From Candidatus Latescibacterota bacterium (lineage in GTDB: Bacteria > Latescibacterota > UBA2968 > GCA-2709665), in contig OZ242358.1 of assembly GCA_965208835.1 (NCBI GenBank), positions 2,560,001-2,624,000 on the forward strand: 64,000 bases of DNA. Reading direction: 5' to 3'. Positions within the stretch are counted from its first letter, which is position 1. The number at the start of each line of letters is the position of its first letter. Both the position numbers and the translations under genes were made by a program. Positions 48,364 to 58,441 of the stretch are shown here, piece by piece. Below the pieces are notes generated by a model. It saw nothing but the letters and a program-made list of their open reading frames with translations, was not told the DNA's origin and ran no database searches.

Positions 48364-49442
48364 TGCGAAACCAGGACGAACACAGCCTCGCGTCTAACGA
48401 CTCAGGCGTCCGCCCGTCCCGGAGGCCAGCCGCCTTCGGGACGGCGGTTGTTCGTTCAATAATCGTACTCTTCGGCGCTGGCATTGCAGGCCTGCTGCTG
48501 GTGGTTCTCGCCTTGAACCGGCCCACCGGATCAGGCGCAAAGGAAATCGTCATTCAGAAGGGGATGACGGTAAAACAGATCGGAGAGTTGCTGCACCGGG
48601 AAGGCGTGATCAGAAGTCCGAGGCTTCTGGTCCTGTTTTCCGTGTTCGATGGAACCAGCAGGCGCCTCAAGGCTGGAATACACCGGTTCCCCGAAAACCT
48701 CAGCACCTGGGAAGCTCTCAAAAAACTTGCCTTTTCCAGAGACGAGTTTCGGAGTGTGACCCTCCCTGAGGGCATGACCCTCACGCGGACCCTCGAGGTC
48801 CTTGCCTCGGAACTGAAGCTGGACCGGCAGAAGATGCAGCGGCTCGCGTCCGATCCTGGATATTGCCGACGGTTGGGTGTACCTGCGGACAACCTTGAGG
48901 GATACCTGTTTCCTGAAACATATCAGATTCCGTTGATCAAGGATGAAGAGCAGGTCATCCGGATGCTGGTACGGCATTTCTTCACGGTTTTTGACAGCAC
49001 GATGGCTGAACGAGCGCATCAGACCGGCCTGTCGGCGCATGAAGTCGTCACGCTGGCATCGATAATCGAAGGTGAAGCGCTTTTGGACAGGGAACGCGCG
49101 ACAATTTCGGCTGTGTACCACAACCGGTTAGAGCAACGGATGTACCTTCAGGCCGATCCGACGGTTCAGTATGTCATCGAGGACGGACCCCGCAGGCTGT
49201 TTTACAGGGACTACAAGATTGACTCTCCCTACAATACGTATCGCCATCGCGGTCTGCCACCGGGTCCCGTGATGAATCCGGGGGCCGCGTCGTTGAGGGC
49301 GGCGCTGTACCCGGAAGATGTTGATTATCTCTATTTTGTAGCGAGGGGAGACGGATCGCACGTGTTCAGCAGGACCGTCCGCGAACATGAAGAAGCGAAG
49401 CGAAGGACCAGATCGGCCAGGAGACGCAGCTGGCGGAGGTAG
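48363..49442 (+). CDS. mltG: Endolytic transglycosylase MltG
   Basis: TM anchor, LPEG, LEGYLFPETY, LASIIEGE, LQADPTVQY, SPYNTY..GLPPGP, YLYFVA. Confidence 0.93.
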   Translation: MRNQDEHSLASNDSGVRPSRRPAAFGTAVVRSIIVLFGAGIAGLLLVVLALNRPTGSGAKEIVIQKGMTVKQIGELLHREGVIRSPRLLVLFSVFDGTSRRLKAGIHRFPENLSTWEALKKLAFSRDEFRSVTLPEGMTLTRTLEVLASELKLDRQKMQRLASDPGYCRRLGVPADNLEGYLFPETYQIPLIKDEEQVIRMLVRHFFTVFDSTMAERAHQTGLSAHEVVTLASIIEGEALLDRERATISAVYHNRLEQRMYLQADPTVQYVIEDGPRRLFYRDYKIDSPYNTYRHRGLPPGPVMNPGAASLRAALYPEDVDYLYFVARGDGSHVFSRTVREHEEAKRRTRSARRRSWRR

Positions 49443-49450
49443 GGGACGGG

Positions 49451-51706
49451 TTGAAACCGGAAACCGAGAAGATGCGGTCGATACTGGAAGGTTTGAACGA
49501 ACAGCAGCGAGAGGCGGTGTGTGTTGTGGACCGCCCGGTTCTGGTGCTGGCGGGGGCCGGATCCGGAAAGACGCGTGTGCTGACACACCGTCTCGCGTAC
49601 CTGATCGAAGCCTGCGGCGTCCATCCCGGCGCGATTCTGGCCATGACCTTCACCAACAAGGCCGCGGGTGAAATGAATGGCCGCGTGGAGAATCTGTTGA
49701 ATCGCAATACCCGGGGCATGTGGCTGGGGACGTTCCACTCACTCTGCGCGCGCATTTTGAGGAGGGAGTCGGGGGCTGCCGGCCTCGACTCCGATTTCTC
49801 CATTTACGACGCCGCCGACCAGCTTGCATTGATACGACAGGTCATTCGAGATCAGGAGATCTCCGAGCGGCAGTTTCCGCCGCGGCAGGTTCGCGCGCGG
49901 ATCAGTTCCGAGAAAAGCCGGATGGTCGATCCGGTCTCTTTCGCCAATCGTACCGGCTCCTTCTACGAGCAGCAGGTCGCCCGGATCTACCGGCAGTACC
50001 AATCGGCCCTGCAACAGAACAACGCCGTGGATTTCGACGATCTCCTGATGTTGACCGTGCAGGTTTTCACGGAGGATTCTGAGATCCTGGCGCGGTACCG
50101 GAACCGGTTTGAGTACTGCCTGATCGACGAGTACCAGGATACCAACCGGCCGCAGTATCTCTTCGCGCGACTGCTGGCGGAAGAACACGGCCGTATCTTC
50201 GTGGTTGGAGACGACGACCAGAGCATCTATGCCTGGCGCGGCGCGGATCTGGGAAACATCCTGAATTTCGAAAAGGATTTCCCGGACGCGTGCGTTGTCC
50301 GCCTTGAACAGAACTACAGGTCGTCACAGGTGATTCTCGACGCGGGAAACGCCGTGATTCGCAACAATCTGGGGCGGAAGGGGAAGGAACTCTGGACGAG
50401 TCGGGACCGCGGCGAACCGATTCAGCTCTTCCGATGCGCGGACGAAGTGGAGGAGGCCCGGCGGATCGCTCGTGAATTGAAGCGTCTGCGAACGCTATAT
50501 AGTTACGGTCAGTTCGCCGTATTGTATCGTACGAACGCTCAGTCCCGGGCCCTGGAAGACGGTCTGCGATACGGGGCGATTCCATATGTGATCGTGGGGG
50601 GGGTTCGATTCTACGAGCGACTGGAAGTCAAGGACATGCTCGCTTATCTGAGGCTGATCGTGAATCCAAGCGATTCGATCAGTCTCTATCGAATCGTCAA
50701 TACCCCGCGCCGCGGAATCGGCCAGTCCTCGCTTGAGAAACTGGATTCCTATGCGACGGGCGAGGGCATCGCACCTTTTGAGGCGCTGTCTCGCGCCGTC
50801 GACATTGAGGGCCTCACCGCTCGCGCGAGAAGTGCGATGGTCGAGTTTCACAGCATGATCGATGAATTCCGGAGCCGCTTGGAGGACGAGCCGGCCCACG
50901 TGCTGGCGGCGCACGTCGTACAGGAAACGGGTTATCTGCAGACGCTGGAAGACCGCACACCGGCCGAGACCATCTCCCGCTCGGAGAATGTACAGGAACT
51001 GCTGGCGGCCATCGAGGAATTCGCACAACGATCCGACAACCCTTCGCTGTCGGCATTTCTAAGGGAGGTCGCGCTGGTCACCGACGTGGATCAGTGGCGC
51101 GAAGAGGCCGATGCGGTGACGCTGATGACGCTGCATAGCGCCAAGGGACTCGAGTTTCCTGCGGTGTTTATTACGGGTCTGGAAGAAGGCTTGTTCCCTA
51201 TCCTGAGGGATCAAGACGATCCGGTTGCCGAAGACGCGGCCGTGGAGGAGGAGCGGCGGTTGTTCTACGTGGGCGTCACGAGAGCGCAGGACCGGCTCCA
51301 TCTGACCTGTACCGAACAGCGCCGGCGTTACGGAGGATCGACGGTCAATGCCGAATCCAGATTCCTGCGGGAGATTCCGGATGGTCTGATTGTTCGAGGC
51401 GGAGCCGATTCAGTGGTTCTTCCAACATCGAAGTCGACGAACAAACCGGGAGGCGGCGACCCTGACCCGATGGAAGCGGGCACCGCCGTCAGGGAGGTTT
51501 CGCCGGCATCCGGGCCGACGAACAGACCGAATGACGACGACCCGTTCCCCATGGAAGCCGGCGCCGCCGTTCTCCATCCAACCCTGGGACGGGGGCACAT
51601 CGTGGATAGGTCCGGAAGCGGTCCGGATACCAAACTCACGGTATGCTTTCAGGACGGTTCAACGAAAAAGGTGGTCGTCCGATTCGCCGGTCTTCGGCCG
51701 GGATGA
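49451..51706 (+). CDS. pcrA: PcrA/UvrD DNA helicase
   Basis: LAGAGSGKT, TFTNKAA, DEYQD, GDDDQSIY, LEQNYRS, TLHSAKGLEF, EERRLFYV, C-terminal Tudor-like domain. Confidence 0.95.
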   Translation: MKPETEKMRSILEGLNEQQREAVCVVDRPVLVLAGAGSGKTRVLTHRLAYLIEACGVHPGAILAMTFTNKAAGEMNGRVENLLNRNTRGMWLGTFHSLCARILRRESGAAGLDSDFSIYDAADQLALIRQVIRDQEISERQFPPRQVRARISSEKSRMVDPVSFANRTGSFYEQQVARIYRQYQSALQQNNAVDFDDLLMLTVQVFTEDSEILARYRNRFEYCLIDEYQDTNRPQYLFARLLAEEHGRIFVVGDDDQSIYAWRGADLGNILNFEKDFPDACVVRLEQNYRSSQVILDAGNAVIRNNLGRKGKELWTSRDRGEPIQLFRCADEVEEARRIARELKRLRTLYSYGQFAVLYRTNAQSRALEDGLRYGAIPYVIVGGVRFYERLEVKDMLAYLRLIVNPSDSISLYRIVNTPRRGIGQSSLEKLDSYATGEGIAPFEALSRAVDIEGLTARARSAMVEFHSMIDEFRSRLEDEPAHVLAAHVVQETGYLQTLEDRTPAETISRSENVQELLAAIEEFAQRSDNPSLSAFLREVALVTDVDQWREEADAVTLMTLHSAKGLEFPAVFITGLEEGLFPILRDQDDPVAEDAAVEEERRLFYVGVTRAQDRLHLTCTEQRRRYGGSTVNAESRFLREIPDGLIVRGGADSVVLPTSKSTNKPGGGDPDPMEAGTAVREVSPASGPTNRPNDDDPFPMEAGAAVLHPTLGRGHIVDRSGSGPDTKLTVCFQDGSTKKVVVRFAGLRPG

Positions 51707-51756
51707 CCTGAAGCCATGCGGACAGCCGGCACTTCGCCTTCATCGCCAGAATCCTC

Positions 51757-51785
51757 TTGATTTCGACCCTGATTTGGCCCATATT
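51757..51785 (+). promoter_or_regulatory. Sigma70-like promoter of gatC
   Basis: TTGATT-N17-CATATT. Confidence 0.45.
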
Positions 51786-51838
51786 ACAATCACAGTGAAG
51801 AACGGATAAAACCTCAATCCATTTTCATGGGTTTTTTT

Positions 51839-52126
51839 GTGTCGGTAGCGCTGGAAGACGTCCGAAAGGTTGCGCAGCTCGCCCGGCTGAGGTTCGACAA
51901 GGCGGAAGAGGAACGGCTGGTTGCCGACCTGAATCAGATGCTTGACTATGCGGCTGCTCTCGAGAAACTGGACACGGCCGACGTTGCGCCGACGTCGCAC
52001 GTACTGCCGGTCTGTAACGTGTTTCGTGAGGATGCACCCGTTGCGTCTCTGTCTCAGGCAGAGGCGCTGTCGAATGCGCCGAGTTCAGGCTACGGCCATT
52101 TCAGGGTTCCGAAAGTCATTGAATAG
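51839..52126 (+). CDS. gatC: Asp/Glu-tRNA amidotransferase subunit C
   Basis: VRKVAQLARL, LDTADVAPTSH, NVFRED, ALSNAP, FRVPKVIE. GTG 51839 likely start. Confidence 0.92.
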   Translation: MSVALEDVRKVAQLARLRFDKAEEERLVADLNQMLDYAAALEKLDTADVAPTSHVLPVCNVFREDAPVASLSQAEALSNAPSSGYGHFRVPKVIE

Positions 52127-52130
52127 GATT

Positions 52131-52161
52131 CGGCGGCGGGATTTCAACACCGCCGTTTTTT
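52131..52161 (+). terminator. Intrinsic terminator-like hairpin between gatC and pyrG
   Basis: CGGCGG-N13-CCGCCG-TTTTTT. Confidence 0.5.
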
Positions 52162-52182
52162 ATTGGGCACTTGGAGGAGCGG

Positions 52183-53970
52183 ATGGTCAAGCGGAGGGAT
52201 TACAATGGCCCCAAATACATCGTCGTCGCCGGCGGTGTCATGAGCGGTGTAGGCAAGGGGCTTGCTACGGCGTCCATCGGAAAGATCCTGCAGCAGCACG
52301 GATACAAGGCAACGGGAATAAAGATCGATCCTTACCTCAATTACGACGCCGGAACCCTGCGTCCCACAGAGCACGGGGAGGTTTGGGTAACCGACGACGG
52401 CGGCGAAATCGATCTCGACCTCGGGAACTACGAAAGGTTCCTGGGTATCGACCTGCCACGAACGAACAACCTGACCACCGGACAAATCTACCACACCGTG
52501 ATCGAACGGGAACGCCGGGGAGAATATCTGGGCAAGACGGTTCAGCCAATTCCTCATATTACCGATGAAATCAAACAGCGAATAACAGACTCGGCGAATG
52601 GATTCGATATTGCGCTGGTAGAGATTGGCGGCACGATTGGCGACGATGAAAATCGGCCTTTTTTATTTGCAATGAAGAGCCTCGAGCGGGAAGTCGGAGA
52701 GGAAAACGTCATCTACGTGCTGGTCACCTACCTTCCGGTTCCCGGTCACGTCGGGGAGATGAAGACCAAGCCCACTCAGCATGCGATCCGGTCATTGAGT
52801 GAGAACGGGATATTCGCGGATTTCATCATCTGCCGCGCCGTTGAGGCACTCGACGACGTACGAAAGCGAAAAATCGAGATTTCTGCGAATATCTCGGCAG
52901 ACCGGATTATTTCCGCACCCGACGTCGACAGCATCTATCAGGTGCCGCTGGAATACGAAAAAGACCGATTGGGCGAGAAGATACTCGATGAGTTCGGCCT
53001 GTCTCCGAAAAAGACGCCGGACTGGGATCGCTGGTGTGAACTGCTGGAGATGATTCGTGCACCCAGGGAACGCGTACGCGTCGCCATGGTTGGAAAATAC
53101 GTCGGAATCGGGGACTATGAGTTTCAGGATTCGTACATCTCCGTCAACCAGTCTCTGGAACACGCCGGCGCCCTGTCGGATACAAAGGTCGAGATCGACT
53201 GGATCGACACCAACCGCCTCGAACATCACGATGCCAACGAGGTACTGGCCGGATATCACGGCATTATTGTCCCCGGTGCGTTTGGCGAAGGGGGCGCCGA
53301 GGGCGCCATCAATGCCGTCCGTTACGCCAGGGAGAATCAGGTTCCATACCTCGGGCTTTGTTACGGGCTGCAGATGGTTGTGGTAGAGTACTCACGTAAC
53401 GTCGCCGGATTGAACGAAGCGAATTCCGTGGAGATGGATCCCGATACGCCCCACGCCGTAATTGACATTCAGTACGCGCAGCGACAGATTATCGAAGAAA
53501 ACCGGTACGGCGGCACCATGAGGCTGGGAGGGTACGCTGCCGTATTGAGGCGGGAATCGCGTGTAATGGACCTCTACGAACGCACGGGACGACTGGAAGA
53601 GGATTCCTGGAGAGTCCAGCAGCTTTTTAAGCGTCCCGATCAGATGTTCAGGTGCGGTGTTATCCTGCCGAGCGAGAATGCAGTGGTTGAACGACATCGG
53701 CACCGTTATGAAGTTGCGCCGAAATACGTCGACCTGCTGGAGGAGCATGGGCTTGTGTTTTCAGGTTTTCACCGCAGGGAGGACGGTACCAAGCTGATGG
53801 AATTCGTGGAACTGCCCAATCACCCGTTTTTCATTGCGACCCAGGCACACCCGGAATTCAAGTCCCGGCTGGAACGCCCTGCGCCCCTGTTTTATGGACT
53901 TGTCAACGCCGCCATTCGCCATTCCGAAGCGGGACACAAGGAATCCGTGCAGATCGAGCTGGAAACATGA
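52183..53970 (+). CDS. pyrG: CTP synthase
   Basis: GGVMSGVGKG, KIDPY, DLGNYERF, KTKPTQ, GLCYGLQ, GGTMRLG, ERHRHRYE, QAHPEF; GGAGG RBS. Confidence 0.96.
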   Translation: MVKRRDYNGPKYIVVAGGVMSGVGKGLATASIGKILQQHGYKATGIKIDPYLNYDAGTLRPTEHGEVWVTDDGGEIDLDLGNYERFLGIDLPRTNNLTTGQIYHTVIERERRGEYLGKTVQPIPHITDEIKQRITDSANGFDIALVEIGGTIGDDENRPFLFAMKSLEREVGEENVIYVLVTYLPVPGHVGEMKTKPTQHAIRSLSENGIFADFIICRAVEALDDVRKRKIEISANISADRIISAPDVDSIYQVPLEYEKDRLGEKILDEFGLSPKKTPDWDRWCELLEMIRAPRERVRVAMVGKYVGIGDYEFQDSYISVNQSLEHAGALSDTKVEIDWIDTNRLEHHDANEVLAGYHGIIVPGAFGEGGAEGAINAVRYARENQVPYLGLCYGLQMVVVEYSRNVAGLNEANSVEMDPDTPHAVIDIQYAQRQIIEENRYGGTMRLGGYAAVLRRESRVMDLYERTGRLEEDSWRVQQLFKRPDQMFRCGVILPSENAVVERHRHRYEVAPKYVDLLEEHGLVFSGFHRREDGTKLMEFVELPNHPFFIATQAHPEFKSRLERPAPLFYGLVNAAIRHSEAGHKESVQIELET

Positions 53971-54533
53971 TGCCGGGCCGGGGGTCCCCGGTTTCGTACT
54001 CGTTCGGGATATGCCTGTTTTTTTTCGTTTTCGCAGCCTGTTCGCCCTCGCCGGAGCCGTCGCCGTCAGACACGACGATCCCCCGGCCTCCGGACCAGGA
54101 GGCGTGGGGATGGAACACGGTGGTTACAAGGAACGGCCGCAAACGCGCCGAAGTCTCGGCGGGACATTTCAGGAAATACGACCGGACATTGACAGCCCTG
54201 CTCGACAGCGGCGTGGCTGTTTCCTTTTATGACGGACCCGGGCTGAAGCAAGTGTCGGTGTTGACGGCGCGACAGGCGGAGATTCACGAAGAATCCGGGG
54301 ATATGCTGGCAACTGGGCAGGTGGCTGTGGTCGCCACCAACGGAACGCGCCTGGAGACCGATACGTTACGCTGGAACCGCGACACAGATATGATTACAGG
54401 AAACGGGCGGATGACCCTCTGGAGACCGGACGGCGAGGAGACCGGGGTTGGGTTCGAGGCATCCTCAGATCTTCAGTGGTGGAAAATGCGTCAGGTTTCA
54501 ACGCGACTGGGCGGGGCGGATTCCCTCCGATAG
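53967..54533 (+). CDS. lptC: LPS export periplasmic protein LptC
   Basis: N-terminal anchor (FAAC), PDQE.W, LETDTLRWN, G.GFEA; upstream of lptA/lptB. Confidence 0.8.
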   Translation: MMPGRGSPVSYSFGICLFFFVFAACSPSPEPSPSDTTIPRPPDQEAWGWNTVVTRNGRKRAEVSAGHFRKYDRTLTALLDSGVAVSFYDGPGLKQVSVLTARQAEIHEESGDMLATGQVAVVATNGTRLETDTLRWNRDTDMITGNGRMTLWRPDGEETGVGFEASSDLQWWKMRQVSTRLGGADSLR

Positions 54534-54574
54534 ACCTTCGTTTATCTGCAATCGTCGCCGATCCCTCCTCTTGT

Positions 54575-55900
54575 ATGTCCTTCTACCTGTTTTTAATCTG
54601 GTTTTTTCTGGCATCGGCATCTCATATAGACGCAACAGAGTTGATCCGTGCCGACCGCAGCGAGACCATTCTGCGGGATACGGGTGTTTTACGGATTGAA
54701 GTGGGCGGCGTTTCCTACCAGCACACGGAACGCGCGCTCAGCGTATCTGCGGACTCCGCGCGCCTTTGGATCCCTGACGGCGGTTTGTCACGAGCGAGGT
54801 TCTTCGGCCGGGTTACATACCGGGATTCGGCAAGAACGCTGGACGCCGATATCATGACATACCACCCACGCAGCGAACTGGCTACCTTCCAGGGCGGGGT
54901 GCGTGTCATTGGACGGGACCGTCTGCTGACTGCCCGGCGTGTCATGTACCGCAAGAAGGCGAACCTGTTGGAAGCCGACGGCGGGGCTGAACTGGACTAC
55001 AGCACGAAGCGGATTTTATTGCGCGCACCCGCTATGACGTACCATGTGGTAGCGGATTCAGGTTGGGGAACGGGTGGCGTTCAGGCCGTACGATCACCAG
55101 AGTCACGCGGAGATTCGCTTACCGTTCGCTCGGATTCGATGCAATTCGCAAATCTGGGCGATCGCATACGGTTTTCCGGCCGGGTCCGCATGGTCCATGC
55201 CGGAATGCAGGCATGCGCGCCGCGTGGACGCTATTTCAGGCTGGCGGACCGGGTGGAACTGGAAGGCGGGACATCAGCTGTCTGGATTCAAAGCGATGAA
55301 ACACGGGCTGACTCGGTGATCCTGAACGCCGAACAGATGCACGTTTATGGCGCGGGTGGCAATGCGCTCGATATAGTCGTACTCATTGGCGCCGCGAGGC
55401 TGCGAAAGGAAGCGGTGCAGCCGGATATCGACGACGCGCAGGAGGTTCAGGCCGATTCGGTTGTTCTGAACCTGGCGGATGGCCGGATCGCCGACATCGA
55501 AGCATCCGGGGAAGCCTCAACGATGCTGACCTCGCGTGATGGCGCCACCGTGGACCTCAAGGGCAATCGAATCCGGATGGGTCTTCCGGATGGGAGCCTG
55601 GATAGCCTGACGGTCTACGGGGAGGGAAGCGGCGCATACGTTTCATCCGACAGCGCGGCCGTAAGTCAAATTTCCGGCGGCTTGATTTTGTTTGACTTCG
55701 AAGAGGGTGCAGTAAAAAAGGTCCTGATCCGGGAGGCTGCCCGGTGTGCCCACCGGTCTGAAACCGGGAAAACCGGAGACATCCGGCTCTCGGGCGATTC
55801 CGTGATACTGACGTTCGACGGGGACAGGCTCGCGAATGTTCAGGCGGACGGCGGGGTCCGGGGTCGATACAAACCGGCGGAATCCGGAGATGCGCCGTGA
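54575..55900 (+). CDS. LptA/OstA-like extended beta-jellyroll protein
   Basis: Signal peptide; repeated ADS..F.G.V and A.GG motifs; between lptC and lptB. Start uncertain. Confidence 0.7.
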   Translation: MSFYLFLIWFFLASASHIDATELIRADRSETILRDTGVLRIEVGGVSYQHTERALSVSADSARLWIPDGGLSRARFFGRVTYRDSARTLDADIMTYHPRSELATFQGGVRVIGRDRLLTARRVMYRKKANLLEADGGAELDYSTKRILLRAPAMTYHVVADSGWGTGGVQAVRSPESRGDSLTVRSDSMQFANLGDRIRFSGRVRMVHAGMQACAPRGRYFRLADRVELEGGTSAVWIQSDETRADSVILNAEQMHVYGAGGNALDIVVLIGAARLRKEAVQPDIDDAQEVQADSVVLNLADGRIADIEASGEASTMLTSRDGATVDLKGNRIRMGLPDGSLDSLTVYGEGSGAYVSSDSAAVSQISGGLILFDFEEGAVKKVLIREAARCAHRSETGKTGDIRLSGDSVILTFDGDRLANVQADGGVRGRYKPAESGDAP

Positions 55901-56619
55901 TCCTGAACGCACGGAATCTGGTAAAGGCGTACCAGCGCCGGCCGGTGGTCGACGGCGTTTGCCTCAAGGTGAATCCCGGTGAGATCGTTGGCCTTCTGGG
56001 CCCCAATGGAGCCGGAAAAACGACCACCTTCCATCTGATTGTGGGTCTGATTCCTTGCAAGCAGGGTGAGATCTATCTCGGAGACGAGAAAATAACAGGT
56101 ATGCCGATGTACGTTCGGGCACGGAAAGGCATCGGCTATCTGGCCCAGGAGCCCTCCGTATTCAGAAAACTGACCGTGAAGCAGAACATCCTCGCAGTGC
56201 TGGAAACACTTCAACTGTCACGCGGGGAACAGGAGGCCCGACTGGAGTCGCTGCTTAAAGAATTGGGACTCTCGAATCTCGCGAATCGCAGAGCGGACGG
56301 GCTCTCGGGCGGCGAAGCACGCAGACTTGAGATTACACGTGCTCTGGCCAGACGTCCCCGTTTCCTCCTCCTGGATGAGCCCTTCGCCGGTATCGACCCG
56401 AAGGCCGTCGAAGATATCCAGGCCATAATTCGCGCGCTCAAGGACCGCCGGATCGGACTGCTCATTACCGATCACAACGTTCGCGAAACCCTGGCGATAA
56501 CCGACAGATCCTACATTCTCTCCAGCGGACGTATTCTGACATCCGGCAGCCCGACGGAACTGGCGGAGAATGCGGAAGTGCGGCGCGTATACCTTGGGGA
56601 CAGATTTCGATTGGACTGA
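55897..56619 (+). CDS. lptB: LPS export ABC ATPase LptB
   Basis: [54 protein letters not shown]. Confidence 0.95.
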   Translation: MILNARNLVKAYQRRPVVDGVCLKVNPGEIVGLLGPNGAGKTTTFHLIVGLIPCKQGEIYLGDEKITGMPMYVRARKGIGYLAQEPSVFRKLTVKQNILAVLETLQLSRGEQEARLESLLKELGLSNLANRRADGLSGGEARRLEITRALARRPRFLLLDEPFAGIDPKAVEDIQAIIRALKDRRIGLLITDHNVRETLAITDRSYILSSGRILTSGSPTELAENAEVRRVYLGDRFRLD

Positions 56620-56846
56620 CTGAAAATTGGGATTGTCACTCTGTCACGTTTTCATTATTATTTTTAACGCGGTGAAGAGTCGGCCGAATAGATATTGATT
56701 GTACATCCGTTTCTTTCCGTCGGAAATCTTGTATTCCAACACATTGATAATATACAGTTTAATTGCAATTCCCTGTACGGGATTGTCCGCAGGACAGTTA
56801 TGCTCGTTCCCGTTTCGTACGTTTTTCCGGAGATCTCCAAAGGCAT

Positions 56847-58316
56847 ATGATTCAACTGACCCAAACCGTCTCCCTTCAACAGAAGCTGGCGCCCCAGCTC
56901 ATACAGTCCTTGCGGCTGCTGCAAATGCCCTCGCTCGAACTGGAACAACTGATTCAGCAGGAATTACAGACCAATCCGCTCCTGGAGGTTTCGGAAGAGA
57001 CGGTTCGCGAAGACGAGGAATGGGATCTGGAGTCGGACGGGAGGGAATCGGTCGATACCGACGTCGAACGGAACGAAGCGGATGACGCGGACCCGCCGGA
57101 ACTGGATTTCGGCGACGCAGCGATGGCCGACGGCCGGTTGAACGAGAATCAGTGGAACGAACTCCTAAACGATTCCGGGTACGCCGCGCCCCGGGCTGAA
57201 TTTGACCCCAGTGCTGAAGAGTGGGAGTACGACGGTCCCGGGCAGCAATCATTGGAAGCAGAACTCCGCGCCCAGCTCTCCCTTACCGATCTGGACGCCG
57301 CTGAGCAGAAGATCGGCGAGTACATCATTGGCAATATCGACGAAGACGGCTTTTTACAGGCACAGGTCGAGGACATTGTCGCAATTCTCGGAGAAGAGCC
57401 GGATACGGTGGCGGGCATCCTTGAGGTTATTCAGACGTTCGATCCACCGGGTGTGGGCGCACGGGACCTAAAGGAATGCCTGGCGATTCAGCTTCGTGAG
57501 CAGGGGCTGGCGGATTCTCTTGCGATGAATATCGTGCTCGACTATTGGGACGATCTTGTGAACCGCCGATACATTAAAATCAGCCGCTCGCTCGGTGTGG
57601 ACCGCGCGGCGATTGCCCACGCCGAAGGTGTGATCTCAGGCCTCAACCCGAAACCGATGATTTACAGGGAAGGCCGTATCAATCACAACCTGGTTGTACC
57701 CGATCTCGAGGTGCAGAAGGTCGGCGACGAGTATGTCGTTTCGCTTATCGACCGCAATCTTCCTGCCCTGCGGGTCAGCCCTGCATACAGAACGCTGCTC
57801 AGCAAGTCCGGAGAGCCGGGTACTCAGGCCAGAAAGTTCGTCGTGGATCGGTTGAATTCCGCCCGTTGGTTCATCAGCGCGATTAACCAGCGCCGCACTA
57901 CAATGCTCAAGGTCATGCGGTGTATCGTCGATAGTCAGCGCGCGTTCTTCGACAAGGGAGTCGGCTTCCTGAAGCCCATGGTGCTTCAGGAGGTCGCTGA
58001 CCGGGTCGATATGCACGTTTCGACAATCAGCCGGGTGAGCAATGGTAAATACGTACAAACGCCGCACGGTGTATTCGAGTTGAAATACTTTTTCGATGGT
58101 GGTCTGTCCCGCAACGACGGCGAAGACATTGCCGCAAGGAGCGTAAAGCAGAAGATCGCCAGATTGATTGCGGAGGAGAACACCAGAAAGCCGTTGAGTG
58201 ATCAGAAGATTGCAGATTTGCTGAAAAACGAGGGCATCGCCATTGCACGCCGCACGGTAGCCAAATATCGTGATCAGTTGAAGATCAACCCTGCGAGATA
58301 CAGGAAGTCAATTTGA
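56847..58316 (+). CDS. rpoN: RNA polymerase sigma-54 factor
   Basis: Q/L-rich region I, DPPGVGAR, STISR, KYFF, PLSDQ, RpoN box ARRTVAKYR. Confidence 0.96.
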   Translation: MIQLTQTVSLQQKLAPQLIQSLRLLQMPSLELEQLIQQELQTNPLLEVSEETVREDEEWDLESDGRESVDTDVERNEADDADPPELDFGDAAMADGRLNENQWNELLNDSGYAAPRAEFDPSAEEWEYDGPGQQSLEAELRAQLSLTDLDAAEQKIGEYIIGNIDEDGFLQAQVEDIVAILGEEPDTVAGILEVIQTFDPPGVGARDLKECLAIQLREQGLADSLAMNIVLDYWDDLVNRRYIKISRSLGVDRAAIAHAEGVISGLNPKPMIYREGRINHNLVVPDLEVQKVGDEYVVSLIDRNLPALRVSPAYRTLLSKSGEPGTQARKFVVDRLNSARWFISAINQRRTTMLKVMRCIVDSQRAFFDKGVGFLKPMVLQEVADRVDMHVSTISRVSNGKYVQTPHGVFELKYFFDGGLSRNDGEDIAARSVKQKIARLIAEENTRKPLSDQKIADLLKNEGIAIARRTVAKYRDQLKINPARYRKSI

Positions 58317-58343
58317 CAGTGGCGTGTACGTAGGCTCGGCAGT

Positions 58344-58404
58344 AAAAAAACGGCGGAATCTTATGGACTGGCTGGTTTCCAATCTGATTCCGCCGGTTTT
58401 TTTT
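58344..58404. terminator. Bidirectional intrinsic terminator
   Basis: A7-CGGCGGAATC...GATTCCGCCG-G-T8 between convergent genes. Confidence 0.7.
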
Positions 58405-58441
58405 GCGCGTGTGAGTTTGGCCCGGGCCGTGCTCCGGCAAA

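Noticed and set aside
56630-56650. TGTCAC-TC-TGTCAC direct repeat upstream of rpoN as a Pho box
   Set aside because: The period is 8 bp rather than the 11 bp expected for PhoB/OmpR boxes.
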